From positions 32,001-96,000 of the forward strand of contig CAWHTE010000002.1 in NCBI GenBank assembly GCA_963832165.1: DNA of 64,000 bases, written 5' to 3'. Below are positions 12,788 to 27,126 of this stretch, in pieces. Made by a program: the position numbers and the translations under genes. Source of the stretch: an uncultured delta proteobacterium (lineage in GTDB: Bacteria > Myxococcota_A > UBA9160 > SMWR01). Every line of letters begins with the position of its first letter. The stretch's first letter is position 1. Below the pieces are notes generated by a model. The model searched no databases. It was given only the letters and a program-made list of their open reading frames with translations, and had not been told where the DNA came from.

Positions 12788-14390
12788 ATGGCCGGCTCCA
12801 CCTTCCGCGCCGCCGTCCGGCGCGCCTTCACCTTCTGGCGCCGGTCGATCCAGGCGCGCGTGGTGGCCAGCACGGTGGTGCTCTCGGCCGTCGTGGTCAG
12901 CGCGGTCGGCTGGGTGCTGCTCCAGCAGACCCAGCGGGGACTGCTCGACCACCGGGTCGACGCCGTGCTGACCGAGGTGGGCACCGCGATGGCGGACGCC
13001 AACGAACAGCTCGAGGGCGCCAGCGCCACCGGCAACGACCCGGACGAGCAGAAGCGCCTGCTGGCCGACCAGTTCCAGCAGCGCGCCAGCTCGCGTGGCT
13101 TCAACTTCATCATCAGCGACGACGTCGGCGCCACGGCGAAGTTCGGCGAGGGCGCCTTCCTGACGCCGGGGCTCGAGACGGAGAGCGTGCCGGTCTCGCT
13201 GCAGGCAGCACTTCACCGAGGTCGCCGGACCCGGCGTGGACCTACACCCGGATCCGCCAGGACGACCGGCCGTCGGTGCCCGGGATCGTGGTGGGCTCGC
13301 AGTTCCAGCTGCCCGCCGACGGTGGCCTCTACACGGCGTACTTCCTGTTCCCGCTCGACGAGGAGCAGGAGACGCTCGCGCTGGTCACCCGTGCGCTGGT
13401 CACCGCGGCCGCGCTGCTGCTGCTCCTGGTCGCCGGACTCACCTGGCTGGTGACCCGACAGGTCGTCACGCCGGTGCGGATGGCGCGGCGGGTGGCCGAG
13501 CGGCTGGCGGCAGGGCAGCTGCAGGAGCGCGTGCAGGTCAAGGGGGAGGACGACCTGGCGCGGCTGGCGACGTCGTTCAACCAGATGGCCAGCAACCTGC
13601 AGCGCCAGATCCGCCAGCTCGAGGAGCTCAGCCGGGTCCAGCAGCAGTTCGTCTCCGACGTGTCCCACGAGCTGCGCACGCCGCTGACGACCGTGCGGAT
13701 GGCCGGCGACGTGCTGCACGACGCCCGTCGCTCGTTCGACCCCGCCACCTCGCGCGCGGCCGAGCTGCTGCAGAAGGAGCTCGACCGGTTCGAGACGCTC
13801 CTCGTCGACCTGCTCGAGATCAGCCGGTTCGACGCCGGCGCCGCCGTGCTCGACCTCGACGAGGTGAACCTCGTCGACGTCGCCCACCGGATCGTCGACC
13901 AGACGCGCGGCCTGGCCGACCAGCGGTTCACCCGGGTCGTGGTCGACGCGCCCGACCACGCCTGCCTGGCCGAGGCCGACGTACGACGGGTGGAGCGGAT
14001 CGTGCGCAACCTCGTCACCAACGCCATCGACCACGCCCAGAACAGTTCGGGGAGACCCGCGACGTGGTGGTCCACGTCGGCGGGGACGACCAGGCCGCCG
14101 CGATCGCGGTCCGCGACTACGGCGTCGGGCTGCGGCCCGGGGAGTCGGCCATGGTCTTCAACCGCTTCTGGCGGGCCGACCCAGCGCGGGCGCGCACCAG
14201 CGGCGGCACCGGTCTGGGACTCTCGATCGCGCTCGAGGACACCCACCTCCACGGCGGTTGGCTGCAGGCCTGGGGTCGCATCGGGGAGGGCGCCCAGTTC
14301 CGGCTGACGCTGCCGCGGCGCGCGGGCCTGCCGCTGCGGCAGAGCCCGCTGCCCCTGGTGCCGGCCGACGCCCGTGAGGTGGTCGTGTGA
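12788..14390 (+). CDS. mtrB: Sensor histidine kinase MtrB (two frameshifts)
   Basis: WRRSIQARVV, FVSDVSHELRTPLTTVRMA, LLEISRFDAG, RFWRADPARARTSGGTGLGLSIA. Confidence 0.92.
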
Positions 14391-16130
14391 TGCGCACGCG
14401 TCGTCCCGTCCGCCTGGCGGCCGCGCTGCTGGCGCTGCTCGCCACCACGGCCTGCGTCGGGCTCCCGGACACCGGCCCCGTCGTGCCCGCCGGCGACGAG
14501 GTGCGCACCCAGCCCGACGCCGACGTGGAGCGGCGCGCGCAGCCGCCCCAGGAGGGCCAGCCGCCGCAGGTCGTGGTCACGGCCTTCCTGCAGGCGATGA
14601 CGGCGTACCCCGTGCGCACCGACGTGGCGCGCCAGTTCCTGACCAGCGACGCCGCCGCCGGCTGGGACCCCTCGCGGATCATCATCTACGAGGGGCGCGG
14701 CAGCACCACGGGGCAGCGAGCTGGTGAAGGTCGACCTCCTCGGCGCGCACTGGGTCGACAGCCGCGGTGCCTGGCGCGGGCATCGGCGTTCCGGCGACAT
14801 CCGGCTGCGGTTCCCGATGGTCGAGGAGGACGACGCCTGGCGGATCGCCGTGGCGCCGAACGCGCTGATCGTCCCGGACGACTGGTTCCAGGACCGATAC
14901 CAGGCGGCGTCCCTCTACTTCTTGGACCCGACCGCGCGCATCCTCGTGCCGGAACCCGTGTTCGTCCCGACCGACCAGGTGGCCGCGGCGCTGGTCCAGG
15001 GCCTGCTCGACGGTCCGAGCCAGTCGCTGAACGACGTCACTCGGTCGTTCGTGCCCCCGGGCCTGACCCTCGGCCTGTCCGTCCCGGTCAGCGACGGCGG
15101 CGTCGCGACCGTCACGCTGGAAGGTGATCCGGGCCCGCTGACGCCCGAGGCCGCGAAGCTGATGGTCTACCAGTTCGCCTGGACCCTCAAGCAGGACGAC
15201 CGTGTCACCGGCTTCAACATCACCATCGGGGACCAGCCGGTGACCCTGGAGGGCGGCAGCTCCCAGTTCAGCGTCGACCTCGGTTCGGAGTACGCGCCGT
15301 TCGACGTGCAGGCCAGCTCGCTGCTGTTCCGGCTGCACGACGGACTGCTCGAGTCGGGGGACGCGGAAAGCAGCGAGGTCGTCGACGGTCCGCTCGGTCA
15401 AGCGAAGTACGGCGTCGAGGACGTGTCCGTGAGCCTCACGGCGGGTCTCGCGGCCTCGGTCTCGGGCGGCGGTACGGCGCTCTCGCTCAGCTCGGTCAAC
15501 GACGACAGCCACCCGCTGAGCCAGGTGCTCAGCGGTGCCACCGACCTGCTCCCACCCTCCTGGGACTTCGCGGACCGCCTGTGGCTCGTCGACCGGACGG
15601 CCGACGGGGCGCGGGTCAGCATGATCGACACCGCGCGGGACCAGAACCGCGCCATCCCGGTCGAGGTCCGCGGCATCACCGGCAAGCGGATCCGCGACTT
15701 CCTCGTCTCACGCGACGGCACCCGGCTCGTCGCCGTGGTCCAGGGCAAGCAGGAGGACACCCTCCGGGTGAGCCGGATCCGCTACGACGCCCAGGGTGGT
15801 CGCGTCGAAGTGACCCATTCGCGCAACCTGCCGTGGAGCACGGAGGACGTCCAGCGCATCCGCGACATCGCCTGGCGCTCGGTGACCAATGTCGGTGTCC
15901 TGTACCAGCTCACCCGCGATGCGGCCCAGGTCGCCTCGGTTCCGGTCGACGGGTCGTCGGCGCAGACGGACCGCGTCGGACTGCTGGACCGCGGCCGAGC
16001 CCTCGTCGCCTCACCCGTCCCGAACGAACCTCTGTACATCCGCACCCCGGACGGGCTGATCGACCCGACCGGCGCCGAGGGTGGAGCCGTGCCTCTCCCG
16101 GACGGCGTCGTGGTCCGCTACGCCGGCTGA
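14387..16130 (+). CDS. lpqB: Lipoprotein LpqB (frameshift near 14,720)
   Basis: Lipobox ATTAC, GerMN-like LYFLDP..LVPEP, beta-propeller VSRDGTRLVAVV; follows mtrB. Confidence 0.85.
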
Positions 16131-16195
16131 CCCCCTCGTCCACAGGGCGCGCCCGGCCGGTTGAGCGGTGGCGGGCCGTGTGCTGCCATCGACGG

Positions 16196-16921
16196 GTGGA
16201 CGTCGACCGGCTTGCGGACGCCGCGGTCGACCTGCTGCTCGGCTCGCGTTGCGTCGGCTGCGACCGGCCGGGCCGCCTCCTCTGTCGCGACTGCCGGGCG
16301 ACGCTCGACGAGCCGGCGCGCCCGGCGTGGCCCACCCCGCCGCCGGCCGGCCTGGTCACGCCGTGGAGCGCGGCCGAGTACGCCGACGTGGCGCGCGCGC
16401 TCGTCCTCGGCCACAAGGAGCGCGCGATGCACGGCCTGCGTGGGCCGCTGTCCGACCTGTTGGCCCGGGCCGTCGCCGCGGCGGCCGACGACACGGGCGC
16501 GCAGGACGTGCCGCTCGTCCTCGTGCCCGTGCCGTCGCGGGCGGCCACCGTCCGGGCGCGCGGTCACGACCCGACCTGGACCATCACCCGCCTCGCCGCT
16601 GCCCGACTGCGGCGGCAGGGGTACGACGCCCGTGCGCTGCGTCTGCTCCGGCTGCGGGTCCGGGTGGCCGACCAGGCCGGCCTCGACGCGGCCGCCCGGG
16701 CGGCCAACCTGGCCGGCTCGATGTGCTGCCCGAGCAGGTCCCTGCGGCGCCTCGCGCAGCGCCGTACGCGCGCTCTTCTCGTGGTCTGCGACGACGTCCT
16801 GACCACGGGCGCGACGGCGCGCGAAGCGCAGCGCGCGCTCGAAGCGAGCGGGCTGAGCGTGCTCGCCGTGGCCACCGCGGCGGCCACCCGCAAGCTGATC
16901 CGGACCGGGGTTTCGTGGTGA
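16196..16921 (+). CDS. comF: ComF-family phosphoribosyltransferase-like protein
   Basis: CVGC..LLCRDC zinc motif, LVPVPS, VCDDVLTTGAT. Confidence 0.88.
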   Translation: MDVDRLADAAVDLLLGSRCVGCDRPGRLLCRDCRATLDEPARPAWPTPPPAGLVTPWSAAEYADVARALVLGHKERAMHGLRGPLSDLLARAVAAAADDTGAQDVPLVLVPVPSRAATVRARGHDPTWTITRLAAARLRRQGYDARALRLLRLRVRVADQAGLDAAARAANLAGSMCCPSRSLRRLAQRRTRALLVVCDDVLTTGATAREAQRALEASGLSVLAVATAAATRKLIRTGVSW

Positions 16922-16945
16922 CCACTCATGGCCTAACGTCGCAGT

Positions 16946-17225
16946 ATGGAGTCCGTCCGGGTCCGTGGTTGCACCACCCGGGCACGGAAACAATTGCTGG
17001 GGTGGCTAGCCGAAGCCAGTCGCAGGCGAAACGGCCCACGTAAGTCCGGCCTCGCGGTCACACGCGGAGGCGGACGATCACGGTGCGGCTTAGAAGTAAG
17101 TCCTGCCTCGTCCTCGTCATCAGACATGACGCAGGAAGGGAGAAGGGTAGTAGTGGCGGAGAAGCTGCGAACCCCTCAGCAGGCGGTTGTGGGGTCGAAG
17201 ACCAGGTCGGCCGGACGGGCTCCAT
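16946..17225 (+). ncRNA. raiA motif RNA
   Basis: Conserved blocks GCCAGTCGCAGGCGAAACG-CCACGTAAG, GGTGCGGCTTAGAAGTAAGTCCTGCC, AGGGTAGTAGTG, AGCAGGCG-TGTGGGGTCGAAGACCAGGTC; closing stem ATGGAGTCCGTCCGG/CCGGACGGGCTCCAT; TAACGT -10 just upstream; lies between comF and hpf. Confidence 0.92.
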
Positions 17226-17255
17226 CCCATCCCCGACCGGTATCTGGAGGTATCC

Positions 17256-17873
17256 ATGGACGTGGTCGTCACCGGCCGACACTGTGAGCTCTCTGACCGC
17301 TTCCGCAGTCATGTCACCGAGAAGCTCTCCCGGCTCGAGAAGCACGACCATCGGATCATCCGCGTCCAGGTGGAGGTCGAGAACGAGCGCAACCCACGTC
17401 AGGCCGACCGCGCCGTCCGCCTCGAGCTGACCGCCTTCTCCAAGGGTCCGGTCATCCGGGCCGAGGCGGCCGCCGAGGACAAGATGGGCGCCCTCGACCT
17501 GGCCATCGACAAGATGGCGGCCCAGATGCGCCGGGCCGCCGACCGGCGCCGGGAGCACAAGAACAAGCACGACCGGGTCGCCGACCTGCTGCAGGAGGCG
17601 GCCCTCCAGGACGGTGCCGGGGCGGCTGGCGGCGAGTCCGGCGACATCGAGCGACAGGTCGGACCCATCACGGTCACCGGTGAGGGTCCGCTCGTGGTCC
17701 GCGAGAAGACGCACGCCGCGTCCGCGATGACCCTCGACCAGGCGCTCTACGAGATGGAGCTGGTCGGCCACGACTTCTACCTGTACGTCGACAAGGACAC
17801 CGACCGGCCGTGCGTGGTGTACCGGCGTCGGGGCTACGACTACGGGGTCATCTCGCTGGACCTGAAGGAGTAG
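17256..17873 (+). CDS. hpf: Ribosome hibernation promoting factor (long HPF/RaiA)
   Basis: MDVVVTGRH..EKLSRLEK..LYEMELVGHDFYLY..VVYRRRGYDYGVI; GGAGG SD. Confidence 0.92.
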   Translation: MDVVVTGRHCELSDRFRSHVTEKLSRLEKHDHRIIRVQVEVENERNPRQADRAVRLELTAFSKGPVIRAEAAAEDKMGALDLAIDKMAAQMRRAADRRREHKNKHDRVADLLQEAALQDGAGAAGGESGDIERQVGPITVTGEGPLVVREKTHAASAMTLDQALYEMELVGHDFYLYVDKDTDRPCVVYRRRGYDYGVISLDLKE

Positions 17874-17987
17874 CGACCTCACCCAGGGGGTGCCCGCACC
17901 GATACCGCCCGTTCGGGCTATGCACCCCTAGTGCTCCAGGTTGGCCATCCGCGCCCTGACATGGCACAAGCGTGTCATGATGCCGTG

Positions 17988-18671
17988 GTGTCCGTGAACG
18001 ACGAGTCGGCAACCCCCGAGCCGACACGAGTACTGGTCGTCGACGACCAGGAGCTGTTCCGACGAGGTCTCACCATGTTGCTCGCGGCCGAGGACGGCAT
18101 CGAAGTGGTCGGCGAGGCCGGTGACGGCATCGAGGGCGTGGCCCTCGCGGCCAGCACGGCGCCCGACGTGGTGCTGCTCGACGTCCGCATGCCCAAGCGC
18201 TCCGGCATCGAGGCCTGCCAGGAGATCAAGGAGGCCGTCCCGGCCGCCAAGATCATCATGCTCACCTCCTCCGACGAGGAGGCCGACCTCTACGAGGCCG
18301 TCAAGAGCGGCGCCTCCGGCTACCTGCTCAAGGACTCTTCCATCGACGAGGTCTCCCAGGCGATCCGCGTGGTGGCCGACGGCCAGTCGCTGATCAGCCC
18401 GTCGATGGCCGTCAAGCTCATCGACGAGTTCAAGCAGATGTCGCGGCCCGACCGCTCCGCCGTCCCCGGCCTGCGCCTCACCGAGCGCGAGCTCGAGGTG
18501 CTGCGCCTGGTCGCCAAGGGCATGAACAACCGCGAGATCGCCAAGCAGCTGTTCATCAGCGAGAACACCGTCAAGAACCACGTGCGCAACCTCCTCGAGA
18601 AGCTCCAGCTCCACTCGCGCATGGAGGCCGTCATGTACGCCGTCCGCGAAAAGCTGCTCGACCTGCCCTAA
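17988..18671 (+). CDS. NarL/LuxR-family response regulator
   Basis: RVLVVDDQELFRRGL, GASGYLLKD, LTERELEVL..ISENTVKNHVRNLLEKL. Confidence 0.92.
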   Translation: MSVNDESATPEPTRVLVVDDQELFRRGLTMLLAAEDGIEVVGEAGDGIEGVALAASTAPDVVLLDVRMPKRSGIEACQEIKEAVPAAKIIMLTSSDEEADLYEAVKSGASGYLLKDSSIDEVSQAIRVVADGQSLISPSMAVKLIDEFKQMSRPDRSAVPGLRLTERELEVLRLVAKGMNNREIAKQLFISENTVKNHVRNLLEKLQLHSRMEAVMYAVREKLLDLP

Positions 18672-18852
18672 CCGCGAGTCGGCACATCTGGAGCCCAAAT
18701 CCACGCCGAGTCGGCGTATCTGCAGGTCTCAGGAGCGTCGAGTCGGCGCAACTGCAGATCGGCGATCGGCAGACGCGCCGACTCGAACCGCTTTCGGCCT
18801 GCAGATACGCCGACTCGGCGGCCATACGACCTGCAGATGCGCCGACTCGCGG
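18672..18852. repeat. Nested palindromic element: three CGAGTCGGC-N-CTGCAG-like units followed by three inverted units (REP/MITE-like)
   Basis: Termini ccgcgagtcggc / gccgactcgcgg; inner cgccgagtcggcgtatctgcagg has a perfect inverse cctgcagatacgccgactcggcg. Confidence 0.85.
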
Positions 18853-18881
18853 TGTCGGTGGGGATCGTTAGTGTCTCGCCC

Positions 18882-20084
18882 GTGGTGACCACCATCAGCA
18901 CGGCGCAGGCCCGGCGAATCGCGCTGGCCGCGCAGGGGTTCCTGGACAAGCCCCACGACCAGCCGACCATGCGGACGCTGGCGCGCACCGTCGAGCGCAC
19001 CGGCGTGCTGCAGGTCGACTCGGTCAACGTGCTGCAGCGGGCGCATTTCATGCCGCTGTACTCCCGCATGGGGGCCTACGACGTCGACCTGCTGGCGCGC
19101 GCCAGTGCGGGGAAGCCGCGGCGGCTGGTCGAGTACTGGGCCCACGTGCAGGCGCTGATGCCCGTCGAGCTGTGGCCGGTGATGCGACACCGCATGGACT
19201 CCTACCGCACCCAGCGGCACAAGTGGTGGGGGAGCGAGGTCAGCGAGGACCTGGTCGCCAACCTGATGGCCGAGATCGCCGACCGCGGCGCGTGCACCGC
19301 CCGCGACCTCGACGACGGCCTGCCCGGGGACAAGAAGCACTGGGGCTGGAACTGGTCGGCCACCAAGCGCGCGCTCGACTACCTCTACATGACCGGTGAG
19401 GTCGCGATCGCCGGGCGCAACAGCCAGTTCGAGGTCAGGTACGACCTCCCCGAACGCGTGCTGCCCGCCGACGTGCTGGCGGCGCCGACGCCGTCCCTCG
19501 AGGAGGCCAACCGCGAGCTCGTACGCCGGGCCGCGAGGTCGCACGGCGTGGCCACTGCTCGCTGTCTGGCCGACTACTACCGGATGCGGCTGCAGCCCAC
19601 CGACGGGAAGCCGTACGTCCTGAGCGCCATCGAGGACCTCGTCGAGGAGGGCGAGCTCGAGCTGGTGCGGATCGAGGGCTGGAACCGGCCGGCGTACCTG
19701 CACCGCGATGCCCGACGCCCGCGCCGCGTCGACGCCCGCGCCATGCTCAGCCCGTTCGACCCGGTGGTCTGGCTGCGCGAACGGACCGAGCGGCTCTTCG
19801 ACTTCCACTACCGGATCGAGATCTACACCCCGGCGCCGAAGCGGCAGTTCGGCTACTACGTGCTGCCGTTCCTGCTCGGCGAGGAGATCGTCGGCCGGGT
19901 CGACCTCAAGGCCGACCGGCAGTCGGGCCGGCTCGTCGTCAAGGCGGCGTACGCCGAACCAGGGGCGCCGACCGAGACGGCCGAGGAGCTTTCGGCCGAG
20001 CTGGTCCGGCTGGCCGGGTGGCTGGGCATGGACGAGCTCACGGTCGAGCCACGCGGCGACCTGGCGCCACTGCTCCGTTTCTGA
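18882..20084 (+). CDS. YcaQ/AlkZ-like winged-helix DNA glycosylase family protein
   Basis: ARRIALAAQGF, LQVDSVNVLQRAH, EYWAH, LSPFDPVVW.RER..LFDFHYRIEIYTP..RQFGYYVLPFL. Confidence 0.88.
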   Translation: MVTTISTAQARRIALAAQGFLDKPHDQPTMRTLARTVERTGVLQVDSVNVLQRAHFMPLYSRMGAYDVDLLARASAGKPRRLVEYWAHVQALMPVELWPVMRHRMDSYRTQRHKWWGSEVSEDLVANLMAEIADRGACTARDLDDGLPGDKKHWGWNWSATKRALDYLYMTGEVAIAGRNSQFEVRYDLPERVLPADVLAAPTPSLEEANRELVRRAARSHGVATARCLADYYRMRLQPTDGKPYVLSAIEDLVEEGELELVRIEGWNRPAYLHRDARRPRRVDARAMLSPFDPVVWLRERTERLFDFHYRIEIYTPAPKRQFGYYVLPFLLGEEIVGRVDLKADRQSGRLVVKAAYAEPGAPTETAEELSAELVRLAGWLGMDELTVEPRGDLAPLLRF

Positions 20085-20197
20085 GCAGGAACTCCGGGCG
20101 CTGCGCGACCGTTTGACGATGCTGGAGGCCCATCACCCGCTGGGTAGAGTGGCGCCGCTACCCCAGACTTGTTTGGCAACCCAAGGAGTGCTCGCAC

Positions 20198-23070
<2,873 letters not shown>

Positions 23071-23074
<4 letters not shown>

Positions 23075-23544
23075 GTCGTCCGCATCGGGCCGCCGTACTT
23101 CTGGTGGGCCTCGGCCACGATCTCGGCGACGACGGACAGGGCGATCTCGCCCGGTGCCTTGCCGCCGAGGTCGTGCCCGGCCGGCACGTGCAGCTTGTCG
23201 AGACCTGGCACGCCCTCGGCCCCGAGGTCGGCGAGCAGGCCCTCGGCGCGGCGCCGGCTGGCCATCATCGCGACGTACGACGCGTCCGAGGCGAGCGCCT
23301 CGCGCAACGCGCCCGGGGCGTCGGGGGCGTCGTGGTCGCACAGCACCACCGCGTCACCGACACGCAGCCCGACGGACCCGAGACCGGGGCCGCCGTCGTC
23401 GTCGGCGATGACGACCACCTCGTGGCCGACCGTCGTGGCGATCGTCTCGATCGCGGCCGAGATCGGGTTGGCGCTCAGCAGGACCACCCGACCCCGCTCG
23501 GTCTCGTCGTCCCGCCAGGGCTGCTCGCGATGCACGTGGGTCAC
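23071..23544 (-). CDS. XdhC C-terminal (Rossmann) domain protein
   Basis: [42 protein letters not shown]. Confidence 0.75.
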
Positions 23545-23566
23545 CGGGCCAGTCTGTCGGCTCGTC

Positions 23567-24075
23567 TCACGCGAACTCCAGCGCGGAGCACACCCATCGG
23601 TCGCGGTGTCGCTCGAACCGGGCCGCGACCGCGCGCGACCGGCGGCCGTAGCGCACGTGGGCGCTGACCTCCGCGACGTCGGTCGCGACGAAGCAGGTGT
23701 GTACGCCCACGACGTGCGGCCGGGTGCCCTGGATGCCGCCCTGCCCCGGCCGGCGGCCGACGGCCTGCGCCACCAGCTGCGCCCGGCGGCCGAGGTCCTG
23801 GTAGACCGCGGGCGTCGTCCAGCGCAGCACCTGGGCGACCGGTCGGTCGCCGCCGACGATCTCGACGACGGCCTGCACGATCCGGCCCGAGAACCGCTCG
23901 AACTCGCGGCGCGCGGCCCGGCCGATGTCGACCACGTCGCCGGCCGCGTGCCCGGCCAGGTGGGTGGTGTCGGGCGGGTCCTGGCGGGGGTCAGGTCGAG
24001 CGCGAGCGTGCCCTGGACGCTGGCGACGCCGGCCGGCCGCAGCGGCGACGGCAGCAGGGTCACGTCGCCCGTCAT
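23567..24075 (-). CDS. Rv3235-family protein (frameshifted)
   Basis: QGTLALDL; VEIVGGDRPVAQVLRWTTPAVY; RSRAVAARFE..WVCSALEFA; next to secA. Confidence 0.75.
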
Positions 24076-24713
24076 CGCGCACCCCCGCGGATCTCCTGCA
24101 GGCAGGGTCAGCCGCTGGCCGGGCGTCGATGACCCCGGGGTCGGGGCCGATCACGTCGCGGTTGAGGGCGTAGATCGCCGGCCACGATCGCCGGCGGCCC
24201 CGAGCCGCCGGGCGGCGATGTCCCAGAGCGTGTCGCCCGGGGCCACGACGACCGAGCGGCCCCGGTCGCGCGTGCGGGCGTCGCGGCGTCGCCGGCGGTG
24301 CCGCCGGCGCGTCGACGACGGCGACCCGCTCCGGAGGCGCAGCCCGGCGAGCACGTGCGGCGCCGGTCGGCCCCTGGCCGCCCGCCAGGGCCGGGGCGGC
24401 CAGGCCGCCGACGACCGCGACTCCGCAGAGCACGAGGAGCGCGCGTCGCACCGCCGCGGGTACGCCGCGTCGGAGCGCGGGCGTCCGCGCACGGCGTCCG
24501 CGGTGACCACCGTCGCCACCACCCAGAGCCAGCAGGTCGTGGCGGCGGCGACCAGGGCGCAGCCCCAGACGAGCACGGCGTCGAAGCCGGCGCCCGGTCC
24601 GCGCGACCAGCACCGGGCTGACCGCCGGCGAGCAGCCCGGCCGCGGCCGGGCGGTGACCGCTCCCCACACGACGACGCAGCGGACGCGCGACACCCGCGA
24701 CCCCGAGATCCAT
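24072..24713 (-). CDS. LysM-domain membrane protein (heavily frameshifted)
   Basis: VVVAPGDTLWDIAARRL and WPAIYALNRDVIGPDP fragments. Confidence 0.65.
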
Positions 24714-24796
24714 GGCGAACCTTTCGTTTGCTTCTGTTTGCGTTAGTCAAAGCCGTTTTGGCGTCGTTGACAAGGGCTCCTCCACAGGCCGACGAC

Positions 24797-25358
24797 GTGA
24801 CAGGCTCGACGCGCGTGGGCTGGGACGAGCGCCTCTTCGACCTCCTCGACGACCTCGAGGGGCAGGCCGAGGCGATGTACGCCGCCGAGCGGGACGCCGA
24901 GCTGGCCGACCGCAGCCGGGCCGAGTACGCCGGGGTCACGCTGGCCGGCCGGCTGATGGCGTCGGTCGGCCGGGACGTGGCGCTCGACGTCGAGGGCGTC
25001 GGGCCCGTGCGCGGGGAGCTGCGCCGGGTCGGCACGGGCTGGTGCCTGGTGCCGCGGCGACGGGGACTGGCTGGTGCCGGTCGACGCGATCGTGGCCGTC
25101 GAGGGGCCTCCGACCGCGCCGTGCCCGAGGTCGCCTGGTCATCGGTCGCCCGGCTCGGGCTCGGGTCGGCCCTGCGCCGGCTCGCCGACGAGCGGCACGC
25201 CGTGCGTGGTGACCATGCGGTCGGGCGCGCGCCACGAGGTCGTGCTCACCCGGGTCGGCGAAGGACTTCGTCGAGGCCGAGACGACCGGCGAGCCGGCCG
25301 CAGGATGCTGCTGTCCCTGGCGTCGGTGGGCGCGGTGCAGAGCCGCGAGCCCTCCTGA
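24797..25358 (+). CDS. Conserved actinobacterial hypothetical protein (frameshifted)
   Basis: GWDERLFDLLDDLEGQA..ELADRSRAEYAGVTLAGRL..LGLGSALRRLA. Confidence 0.55.
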
Positions 25359-25629
25359 GTCGGCCAGCGCGGCGCTGGAGACGCTCAGTCACTAGACGGC
25401 GCGTTGACCAGGAGGCCGTGACGTGGAACAGGCCGTAGCCCAGCACGCCCGTCAGGTAGCCCGCCGCGACCGCGGTCAGGGCGTCGTCGCCGTCGCTCTT
25501 CAGGCTGGCCCAGGCCAGCACGAGCCCGAGCGTGATGGCGATGACGAAGGCGCCGGCGGTCAGGTAGACCGCCCACCGCCGCGCCCACGATGGCACCAGC
25601 GTGAACTGCCACCACCGCGAGATCGCCAC
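25246..25629 (-). CDS. Small two-TM hypothetical protein
   Basis: Two hydrophobic helices; starts right after the tatB-like stop; 3' end uncertain. Confidence 0.45.
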   Translation of the reverse strand: MAISRWWQFTLVPSWARRWAVYLTAGAFVIAITLGLVLAWASLKSDGDDALTAVAAGYLTGVLGYGLFHVTASWSTRRLVTERLQRRAGRLRRARGSAPRPPTPGTAASCGRLAGRLGLDEVLRRPG

Positions 25630-25958
25630 TCAGGTCGCGTCCAGGTCGTACGGCGGGGTCTCGTCCGCGCGCAGGGGGCGCTTGGCTTCGACCGCGTCAC
25701 GGGCTCCTCGGGCTCGTTCATGGCCTCCACGATGTGCTTGCGCACGATGGTGCGCGGGTCGAGGTCGCGCAGCTGGAGGTCGGCGTACTCGGGGCCCAGC
25801 TCGCTGCGCAGCTCGTCGCGCGCGGCGTGCGCGAAGGCGCGCACCTGGCGGGCCATCCGGCCCGCCTGTCGGGCGAGGTCGGGCAGCCGGTCGGGACCGA
25901 AGACGAGCACCGCGACGAACGCGATGACCAGCATCTCCTGGAGCCCGACCCCGAACAC
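25630..25958 (-). CDS. tatB: Sec-independent translocase TatB-like subunit (frameshift near C-terminus)
   Basis: MFGVGLQEMLVIAFVAVLVFGPDRLP..LRDLDPR..PPYDLDAT. Confidence 0.8.
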
Positions 25959-25961
25959 GGG

Positions 25962-27126
25962 TCAGAACTTACTGGTCGGGGTGAGCCCGAGCTGGAGACC
26001 GGCCAAACCGCGTCCGCGGCCGACGAGACCCGTCGCGACCTCGCGCAGCGCCACGGCCGCGGGGTTGGTGGGGTCGGAGTCGACGATCGGCTTGCCGGAG
26101 TCGCCGCCCTCGCGCAGCGACGGCTCGAGCGGGATCCGCGCCAGCACGGGGACGTCGTACCCGAAGCGCTCCGAGAGGGTGGCGGCCACGCGGTCGCCGC
26201 CGCCGGAGCCGAAGATGTCGAGCTGGTGCGACGGCCCGCAGTGCGGGCAGGTCAGCGAGCTCATGTTCTCGATCACGCCCACCACGCGCTGGTGCATCAT
26301 CGAGGCCATCGTGCCGGCGCGCTCGGCCACCTCGGCCGCAGCCTCCTGCGGGGTGGTCACCACGATGACCTCGGCGCCCGGCAGGTGCTGGCCCAGGGAG
26401 ATGGCGACGTCGCCGGTGCCGGGCGGGAGGTCGAGCAGCAGGACGTCGAGGTCGCCCCAGTAGACGTCGGAGAGCATCTGCACGAGCGCGCGGTCGAGCA
26501 TCGGACCGCGCCAGGCGACCACCTGGTCGCGGCGGGGCTTGAGCATGCCGATGGAGATGACGCTGACGCCCGAGGACGTCGGCACCGGCATGATCAGGTC
26601 GCCGACCTGGGTCGGCCGGGAGTCGGCGACGCCGAGCATGGCCGGCACCGAGTGGCCGTAGATGTCGGCGTCCACGATGCCCACCGTGCGACCCTCCGCG
26701 GCCATCGCCAGCGCCAGGTTGACGGTGACCGACGACTTGCCGACCCCGCCCTTGCCGCTCGCGATCGCGAAGACCTTGGTCAGCGAACCCGGCTGCGCGA
26801 AGGGGATCTCGCGCTGGGCCTGCCCGCCGCGCAGCGTCTCCTGGAGCCCGGCGCGCTGCTCGGCCGACATCACCCCGAGCGTCAGGTCGACGTCGGTGAC
26901 GCCCGGGACGGCGCGCAGCGGCGGCGTTCACGTCGCGGGTGATGGTGTCCTTCAGCGGGCACCCGGAGACGGTCAGCAGGACGGTGAGCCGGACCAGGCC
27001 GCCGTCGATCTCGACGGTGTCGACCATGCCCAGCTCGGTGATCGGGCGCTTGATCTCGGGGTCGTGCACGCGGGCGAGCGCGGCGTCGATCGCCTCCCTC
27101 GCGGGGGCGTGCGGAGAAGTGCTCAT
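25962..27126 (-). CDS. mrp: Mrp/NBP35 ATP-binding protein (frameshift near 26,915)
   Basis: DPEIKRPITELGMV, ASGKGGVGKS, WRGPML, DLPPGTGD, ENMS..CPHC. Confidence 0.92.

Noticed and set aside
18672..18852. CRISPR-like repeat-spacer periodicity
   Set aside because: Units are short, degenerate and switch orientation halfway; no cas genes in the window
24715..24780. AT-rich stretch with GTTTGC repeats between divergent genes
   Set aside because: Probably an ordinary divergent promoter; too little signal to assign a regulator
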